A DNA stretch of 64,000 nt from Lama guanicoe (lineage: Eukaryota). Shown in pieces: positions 55,140-64,000 of this stretch (positions are counted from its first letter, which is position 1; each line of letters begins with the position of its first letter). Under the pieces are notes generated by a model. That model had not been told where the DNA came from, ran no database searches, and saw only the letters and a program-made list of their open reading frames with translations. Location of the stretch: NCBI GenBank assembly GCA_013239625.1, contig MU054220.1, positions 4,279,374 through 4,343,373 of the forward strand, read 5' to 3'. Made by a program: the position numbers and the translations under genes.

Positions 55140-56800
55140 AAAAGTTGCATTTTCTTTAGAGCCAGTTTGTATTCTAACCTTGCTAAAATCACTTTTTAGT
55201 TCAGCAATCTGTAGATTCCTTTGGCTTTTCTGAATACACAACCCTGTCATCTCCAAATGAAGACAGCATTCCTTTTTCTTTTCCAATTTGTATGCCTTTT
55301 CTTTATTTTTCTTCTCACTGTCAAGTATCTTCAGTAGCAGAATGAGTGCACGTGGTTAGAGTGGACATCCTTGCCATGATCCGAATCTTAGGGGAAAGCT
55401 TTCAATACTTAACCAGTAAGTATAAGGTCAGCTATAGGATTTTCATAAATATCCTTTATCAGATTACAGGTGCTCCTTTCTATTCTTGATTTAGCTGGGA
55501 GTTTTTCCTCAAAAATGGTTGCTGAATTTTATCAAATGATTTTTCCTACCTTTATGAAATGATCAGATGGGTTTTCTCCTTCATTTTGTTAATGTGATAA
55601 TGCACACTGATTAAATGTTTAATGTTAAACCAACTTATATTCCTGATCTCATTTAGTTACACTATCCCTTTTTATACTGCTGCTGCATTCAGTCTGTATT
55701 TTTAGGGGGTTTGGGATTAACAGATACACACTACTACATATAAAATAAACAACAAGGTCCTACTGTATAGCACAATATCTTATAATAAGTTACAATGGAA
55801 AAGAATCTGAAAAACCCATATACACACAGACACAACACATAACTCAATCACTTTGCTCTACACTCGAAACTAAACACACTATAAATCAACTATACTTCAA
55901 TTAATATATGTGTATATATAAAAACAAGGCCCAACTATACATTATCTATAAGAAACCCACTTTAAATACAAAGACACATATAAATTAAAAATAAAGGGAT
56001 GGAGAAAGATATGGCATGCTGACACTAATCCAAAGACAGTGGGAGTAGCTGTATTAATTTCAGACAGAGCAGACTTCAGAAAAACGAAAATTATCAGGCA
56101 TAAAGAGTGGCATTACATAATGACAGAGGTCAATACTCCAAGAAGATGTAACAATCCTCAATGTATATGCAACCAACAAAAGAACATCAAAACACATGAA
56201 ACAGAACTTCAGGGAGACTGAACTTCAAGGAGAAACAGATGATTCCACTATTAGAGCTAGAGATTTCAACACCCTTCTATCAGAAGTGGACAGATCCAGG
56301 AAGCAGAAAATCAGTAAGGACATAGCTGAACTTAACAGCAGCAAATAATTGACATCTATAGACTATTTCATCCAACAACAGTAGATTATACGTTCTTCTC
56401 AAGCTCACGTGTAACATTCACCAAGACAGACTACATTCTGAGCCATAAAACATACTTGAACAAATATGAAAGAACAGAAATCCTATGATGTCTGCTCTCA
56501 GACCACAATGGAACTAAATTAGGAATAGTGACATGGAGGAAACATGTAATAATACATTTGCTGAAGCCCAAAGAATGTACAACACTAAGAGTGAACCCTG
56601 ATGTAAACCATGGACTTTGAGAGAGAATGAGGTGCTAGTATAGGTTGAACTGTAACAAATGAACCACCGTGGTACACTTGTTAGTGGGGGATGTTGTGTA
56701 TCTGTGGGGACAGAAGGTATACAGAAACTCTCTCTCCATTCTGCTCAATTTTGCAGTGAACCTAAAACTGCTCTGAAAAATAAAATTAATTAATTAAAAA
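55140..56800. mobile_element. Mosaic of L1 fragments: antisense ORF2 (about 55140-55700), sense endonuclease region (about 55920-56520) and L1MC-type 3' end (about 56540-56800)
   Basis: ORF 56039..56221 (GVAVLISDRADF...HYIM) is an L1 endonuclease remnant. agtgaaccctgatgtaaaccatggact is an L1MC 3' motif. Confidence 0.8.
55705..55905 (+). mobile_element. Short L1 3'-UTR fragment (L1_Art-like)
   Basis: Reads tttgggattaacagatacacactacta...tactgtatagcac...aatcaactatacttcaatt, the reverse complement of the same family seen at 43.8 kb. Confidence 0.8.
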
Positions 56801-59800
56801 AAATCTTATCTGAACTTCAAGGTTCATCTCCTCCTTGAAACAATACTGAGTTCCTGCTTTTCTAATCCACTCGACAACTTTTACACAAAAGTTAGCATCT
56901 ATTCTCTGCCCCACTGTTATTTCACGGGAGGAAAAAATTTATCTTCCCAACTAGACTAAACACTCTTTGATGGCCCACACTACAAAGCAAAATTTATTAG
57001 TCCCTACTTAAGAGCAAGGATTAAAAAAAATCGGCCCATAAATACTACAGATTTGGGGCAGTGGGTTTCCGTGGGTTCTCATAGCTTCTTTACACAGGTG
57101 CCCTGCAGTTCCTCTAGAGTAAGGCCCAAGTGTCTTGGGAAGTTGGAACAGACCAAGGCACTAGACCACCATCCTCCATGTCTCATTTTTCCAGCAGCAG
57201 CAACAAAGCAGGACTAGACTTGGCTTACTCAGTAGGGTTTCCATTTTAAGCTATGTTGCTCCAGGGGAACAGCAGAGAACCATTTTAAATTTTAAATGCC
57301 GCCACTGACCAGTGTAAGATCTGATGTGTCATACCTAATGAACAAATTTTTGCTCTTCTAGGATCTCATCTAGAGCCTGATAATTCTTGCTAGGAATTAA
57401 GCTCTCCTAGGATTTAATCTCAGTTTTATTTTTACCTTATCCCATATTCCCAGCCTTCTAAAAATATGTTAGAATTCAGAATCCACAGTAGCTTTGTTAT
57501 TATTTTGTCTTGTTTAAAGCAGTGTCTGCCCGGCTGCCACATAGGTAGTAAAAAGAAAAGTAAAATCACCTTAATATTAACAACTACGGTTATAAAACTC
57601 TGCCATACAAAATGGGCCCTTTCTTCTCCTTCTCATCCTTTTCAGGACTTTGAGAGCTTGCTCACAGCCTTTCCCCTTGGCTGGCTGCAGAGTACTTACT
57701 CCTTTAAATCTGGCTTTCTCCACTCCTAGCATTTTTGTTAACCATCTCTTAACTTCCCCCAATGTAATTCTCTTTTCCTGGCACTGAGATGAAGAAGTCT
57801 TTGCACAGTCTTCCAAACCATGTCTCCCTAGCATGCTCCCAACAACTGCTGAAGAACTGTCAACACCTGCAGGAGCACCAGCCCCATATGAAGAGCTGAC
57901 TACACAACAAATTCCCCTTTGTGTAGCTTATTTCTAGGGGTTCTAGACTTTATTCTTACATCTAAAACCATGAGTCACTCAAAGGTTAGGAAAATAAGCA
58001 AGTACCTGGACCAGTACTCAAATCCTATTCTTAAACAGAGCTGGATGGAAAATTCCCAGAAGCCCATATGTAAGCACATGTCATCCATTTCGAAGCAAAG
58101 ATTTCCTTCTGTTCATCTCCAGTCTCAGAATTTATATTGATGGAGAGTGATTAAAGAATTAACATGCAGTTAATTCCACCAGTTGGTTACCAAAGCAAAT
58201 GGCTCCAGCACATATTCCTTAAGAATTACAAAAACATCAGGAAGAGATCTGAATGATGAGGTCCAAGACAACACTTTCTGATGGCAAAAGGGTGTGCTCA
58301 CAGTTATGTTCACAAGAGTTTTCAATTAGACAAGGCGTTTTTTTTCAAAGGCGCATTATGTCTTTACAGGCTCTTTATAAGCTCACATAGCATCATGTAA
58401 CATGGCTGATTCCCATAAAGAGTTTTAAAACCTGTTATCATCAGAGAAAGGATACAGAGGAAGAACCAGCCCACATGGGACAAAGAGATTTCAAATCCCT
58501 TTCTTTCTCTAGGTCTTGCCATGGGATTTAGAATGGGAGAAGTAAATTTGCAATTAGGTAGAAAACAGAAAATGAAGGAAAGCAGAAGCAAGCTATAAAC
58601 CATCATTAATACAGTAATGTCCCAAAAGACATACTTAGTGTAAAAAGCAAATGCCCTGGAGAAAAGGTGAGAAAGGTGAACTTTTTAATAATATGCCACA
58701 AATTCTTCCCAATCCCAAGCCTGCCATTTAAGCTCTGTAACCTCAGGCAATCTATCGGCCTCTAAGGTTCACCTTCCTCCTTTATAAAAATGAGAAGAAT
58801 AACAATTACCTCATCAGGTTTTCATGAGGAAGTTCCTAAAACAATGCCTGACACAGCAGTTAGCGTAGATGTTAATTCTCCTCATCCATTGGCCAACTGG
58901 AAAACGTAAGCTCATGACCACCGAATAAGACAGCGGTAAAACCAGACTTGCTCTTCTGATACCTGGGTACCTGCTAAAAACTCAACCTTTACTCTGAGGC
59001 AGAACAAGACCCTGCCAGAGTGAACTTGCTGCTAAGAATTATCAGTAATATTCTATTTGAATTCTAGAAAAGCAGAGGAGCTCAGTGGAGATCATTTGCT
59101 CCTTTTTTTCCCTAAGCTAAAGGCATCATAAGAAGAAGGCATTTTCTACTCAATATTCTTAGAATAAGAGTTTGATTTCTTGCCAAAGAAGCTATATTGA
59201 AGTCATCTAATATCCATGGGTCCCTGGATTTGCCTCTCAACACTAAAGCTTTCACTTCTGTTCCTTAGGCTGGAAGCCAGGAAGATGTGGGAGAGCAATC
59301 CATGCTATTTCTTTCTATCTTCTCTGGCAAGACCTATTTTTTCCAGAAGGTAGAATGGATCAAGAAGACAAGAAGGGTGCGGCTGGGCTATCTTAAAAGT
59401 AGGGCTCACCTAGGCTGGAAGCGTTAGGACTGAACATGTAAGCCTGGTCATACTTTCACGATACCACCTTTACCATTAATTAAGCACCCAGACACCAAAA
59501 ATGGCTTGACTTGCATGCTTTAGCCTTATTTTTTAAAGAAAAATTCTTGCAAAACAGATGCTACTTGGGGCAAGTTAGAAGAAAAGGGGGTAAAGAGCTT
59601 GGAAGCTGGGAGGACTTGGTGAACGCTTGTAGGGTATGCTCAAATGTTATGACTCCTGTCCTAAGGGAAGCAAGGAGGGATAGAGGACAAGGGGGTAGCC
59701 AGAGTCATGTTTCTTGACATATGACAGGCAGCTCCTGAAATAGAAAGCCATAGGTTTCAAGTCTCAGGGGTATCACCTTCAAATATGTCAATGTTCTAAG

Positions 59801-60070
59801 GGTGGATCAGTTTTCCCAACTCCGACACCCTGCTGTGAGGAGAGATCCCAAGCAAAACACAAGCTTCTGACTGGGAGCCTTTGAGGTGGCAGGAGCCATG
59901 AGGAGTTCAAAGGCAAGGCTGGCCAGCGGCTCGCACCTCCGAGAGCCATGGGGGTGAAAGGTTACTAAAGCAGGAGCCACTGACCAATAAAACTGTGTTT
60001 GGTCAAACCTTCTCAGCAAAGAGACTAGAGACTCATTTCTGCTGTGCCCCATTTTCTGAGTTATCTACAC

Positions 60071-60163
60071 CTCAGATTCCCACTGTTTCCTTAGGTCAGA
60101 TCAGGGAGCTTCTTTAGTGATTAGCAGCTGACTCTCTCTCTCCTGGTCGCTCCCATGGACTAG
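60071..60163 (-). other. EXT2: Cryptic or degenerate alternative exon, apparent orthologue of the human EXT2 intron-7 alternative exon
   Basis: Minus strand reads ccttttag|CTAGTCC...GAATCTGAG|gtgtag, 93 nt. Pieces MGATRRE, SAANH*RSSLI*P and QWES lie in three different frames and resemble my recollection of the human isoform peptide LFMEPARRENWSAANHQMNSLIWPREQWDS. Confidence 0.7.
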
Positions 60164-63039
60164 CTAAAAGGTGGATTGGAAACCTTTAATCAGAATCTGT
60201 CATCAAAAATAAATAAATAAGAGCACGACTTGGGTCAACTAGTTGTAAAGGAATCTGCCCGGGGTGAGACTTCCCATGTTTGCTGTGCTAAACCAGCAGA
60301 AAACGAGCCCAAGTTTGTTTGATTAGAGAAGGCAAATATGAAACAAGTCTCACTCCAACAGGCACACTTGAAAGGCTGGCCCCTTTTAATTAAGACACAC
60401 ACACAAACACAGTATGTGAAGGGACTAAGGACAGAATCTGAAGGCTCGTTTCACCCCGTGTCATTCCACATCAGGGCAACGTTCCCTCCTCCACTCTGCT
60501 TCCTGTGTAGTAACGATTTCAGAGAAGCCTGAGGAGCTGTTCCTTGGCAGGTTCTTTTTTTCTGGCTATGGATACTAACTCAGCAGTCAGGTCACACGGG
60601 AGCCCTTTCCACTGTCCCCACACATTCCCAGAGAAAGAAAAACTGAGAGTAGTGCAAGTCCCACAGTGTTTATCACTGTTCCACCTGACCAGAGGCACAT
60701 GAGCCCCCATAAGTTGTCTGTGGCTGGGAAGCTCCCTCTTCTGATTGCGTGTCATTAAGACAAGCACTTCTGTGGATCCTGAGCAGAAACTCCAATGTAT
60801 GCTCCCCAGATTGGGACTCTGAACAGAGGGAGAAGTTGGAAACAACTCCACTTGCTATGTCAGTGGTTCTCAGTTTCTCCCCCTGTCCTTTTGTACCTGA
60901 AGGATGACACACACCTGTGACTAAGAATAACTGAGGTTCATCACAGCAAGGACTCTCAAGAGAAATCCAGGTCCCCATTCTCTACCCCAGAAAGCAATTA
61001 AGAATTTGAGTGAGAGGATTCAGAGGACTCAACCCTCAGTCCGCAGCCTCAAACTGCAGTTTTTCAAAGAGAAACTCAAAGGTCTTTCAAAAAGATGATC
61101 TTATTCATGTATCATTAAAATACAAATGATACATGAATAGACCTGGCCAAATTACCTGAAAATTAAAAAAACTTCAATACATATACCAACTTCAAGTATG
61201 TGAAGACAAATTACTTGCTCCTTTTAATAAAAACTACTGGACTCTGAAAGATAACAAGTGAACTGCTCTCCTATTAAAGTCTTATCAAAATGGGAAATAA
61301 GTATACATTTAAATACAACAAATTAGTCTTTGAGTTACAAGGAGAGAGAGAACTGCACTGCCAGAAATGATTTACATGGAGCTACTTGTGTACCAGTCCT
61401 GGTCTGATTCAGTATTAAAAGTCTTTAAGTGAAATTAAATGAAATAAAAATACATGATTGTTGTCTCACATTCCCAAGAACAGTAGCATGAAATGATAAG
61501 ATTAACAACATCATCATAAAACTGAAAATAATTCTGTACCTCCAAATTCTCTCAATCTCTTCAATGCCGAGGGAGACAGAATAATATATAAAAATATATG
61601 ATAACCTATAGGTATCTATAAATATAGACCGAAAGCCAATGGATCAGTTTGACCCTTACTGAAGAGTTGACAATAGTGAATTTTTTATCAAACATATCAA
61701 CACTTGATATTTCACAAGTTCTTGTTTTGTAAATAAACCTAGATATTTTTCTAAGTATGTATATAATGAATTCACAAAACCTGTATTGTGTTTCCTGTAA
61801 TGAGCAATTATTTCTCAGAAATGCTTCACCAATAGTTGCACCCTGTGGGAAACCAGCCCCAAAGAGTCAGACAATCCCTATATAGGCTGCAAATTAATAT
61901 TTAACACTTTTATTAGAGAAGCCCTTTCCTGAAGTAATACCCCATATTGGGGACTCATTACAAGGGATTAACCCATGGTTAACTTTAGAGACAGCTCTCC
62001 AACCAGAGCCCAAAGAGGAAACTGACCATTCCACGTACCCACACCCCTTGAAAGGCTGTATAATGGAGGCTGTTCATAATCGTATATTTACAGAGAACTT
62101 CCAACATACTTAATACAACATACTTAACTTCCAATATATTATTATTTGTTAAATATTTTAATAAGTTTATTAAAACTGTACCATAAGCAATAACATGCAG
62201 TTCAGTAAACTTCTTAGCTAATTACAGGATATCAATTTATCAGAAATGTATAAAGAAGCAGTTCTGTTGCTTTGGAGTTTGGAGCATTTTATTTTGCTTT
62301 ATTGCTCATTTGGTTTTTATATCTAATTACTCTCCCCACAGAAGCTACATGAATAATAGAAGAAACCAGTATTTTTTTTGTTTGCTCAATGAAAATCATC
62401 TAGATTAACAGCTATATAATTTGAGTAACTTACTACAAAAATTCCTTGCTTTTGCATCAACCTCAAGTCAAATGGCTATTTTAAATTAAACACACTTGCA
62501 AAAGTGCTCATGTCCAAAACTATTTGAAAAAGGAAAAATAATGCACTTGTGCCAAAAAGGTGCCAAGCAGTTAAAAATGTATGTCTGTTGATTTCGCTTA
62601 TCTCTACTACCCTCTTCCTAATAGCTTCAGTTAGGAGAAGAGCAGAGAGAGATGAAGGAGATTCTGAAGGCCTGCTGCACCCAGCCAGCCCCTTGGCAAT
62701 CAAGGCTGGAAAGCTAAAAGGAGAAGAGGGTGAGGATGCACTTTCTGAAATGCCTGGAAAAACATTCTGGTCAGGAGATGCCAGAGATTCTGAAGCTCCA
62801 TCAAGCCACTGGCCTTGATCCAGGTAATGGTTTTTCCTTCCCCTCAGCTGTCTGCTGCTAGAGAGAAAGGAAAAGTGGTGGAGGAGAGGGAGGAGCAGCT
62901 TCCAGTCCACTTCTCTGTAACTAGAGGGTAAAAAGGGCCAAGCTCTGCGGGCTGACATTTATAGAGGGCCTGGCGCTTCCATGAAGCACTCTGGGAGGAT
63001 TACTGGGGGTTAGCAATCTGGTCTAAAAGGGGCAGCGAA

Positions 63040-63930
63040 GCAGACTGATGAAAGTCCGTCTAAATTTGATAACAGCGATGCTACGGCCGGCGGACAGAGA
63101 GACGGCGAGGAGGGGCTGGCAGAGACGTGCGAGCAGAGGTCTAGCCAGTCAGACGGACTTAAGGGAAAAACAAAAACATTGTAAACCTGGCTCCCCTAGA
63201 ACTTCAGGGCTGCCCAACTCGCTTGCTGGAGCCTGAAAGCCTAAAAGCACAAAGTGCCAACGGAACGGCCTTTCTAACCAGGACACAAAAATAAAAGCCC
63301 CGGCCTAACCCCTTCTGCCCTGCCCCCACCGGCCAGGAGAAATGGCTCCACAGCGGTGCGGTTCCGGACCTGCAAAGGTTAATTATCTCGCTAGTCCTTT
63401 CCCTGCAGATCGCCGCCGCGCCACGCAATCCCTTCTGCCTGGCATTTTTCTTCAATTTTAATATCAGAAGTTTCACACGCCTGCCTGAGCTCCTGGACTC
63501 GGCAGAAAGGCCCATATAGCTGTCAGCAAACTGATAAGAACTTTAAAATGACTCCGCGGGGCCTCTTTATAAAGAAGAGCCAAAGGAGCCCATAAAGAAA
63601 GAGGGCAGGGGCCACGGAAACCAGCCGCTCACACTGTTTTAACGTGGCATTAAAATGAGCTGCAGATTTATGGCAGTGTTTTAGCCCCTGGCCCAAATGA
63701 TCTGGGGATGAAGCTCTCGTCCCGGCTCTGCAGGGGGATTTCAAACACGGGATGGAGCTGGCTAGGAAGGAACGGGGGAAGGGCGGCAGAGGCAGCGGGA
63801 GGAGCGAGGAAGAGGCTAGCAGCAGAGCAGCGGGAAAAGCCTGGGATAGAACTCGTCTCCTTTCGGTGGGCGCTGAACGACAGCTATTTCTAAAAGAGAT
63901 CTGGCCGGGCCTCTTGGAGTCATAAAAATT
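63040..63930. promoter_or_regulatory. CpG-enriched intronic block, candidate enhancer
   Basis: Many CpGs relative to the flanks, no repeat recognised, and GCCCATAAA, GATTTATGGC and GTCATAAAA motifs. Confidence 0.5.
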
Positions 63931-64000
63931 TCCTTTTAGTTCATACCCGGTAAAACTCCAGTTCTTCAACTCTTCACCACCCAAATGTCAATTCTGATTT

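Noticed and set aside
62476..63984. 160-aa and 153-aa minus-strand ORFs as additional EXT2 exons
   Set aside because: They show no similarity to EXT2 sequence as I know it, and the upstream EXT2 exon is expected beyond the window.

Overview
Mammalian genomic DNA lying entirely inside the EXT2 (exostosin-2, heparan-sulfate co-polymerase) gene on the minus strand. Three coding exons with canonical AG/GT ends are present: 43012-43143 (132 nt), 17889-18078 (190 nt) and 9307-9473 (167 nt). They correspond to human exons 8-10 (numbering from memory) and include the GT64-domain DDD motif. The rest is intronic: old L1/HAL1/L2/MIR/hAT/LTR fragments, one young 5'-truncated L1 and three short L1 3' ends, whose 3' UTRs look cetartiodactyl (most like camelid L1 as I recall it). 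There are also several repeat-free blocks rich in homeodomain motifs, which are candidate enhancers (ALX4 neighbours EXT2 in mammals). The most interesting signals are (1) a 93-nt AG...GT-bounded intron-7 segment that looks like the orthologue of the human EXT2 alternative exon but is frameshifted and stop-containing here; (2) two long perfect hairpins in unique sequence; (3) a CpG-rich block with posterior-HOX motifs at the right end. I found no evidence for a wholly new multi-gene system. Repeat family names and boundaries were judged by eye and are approximate.
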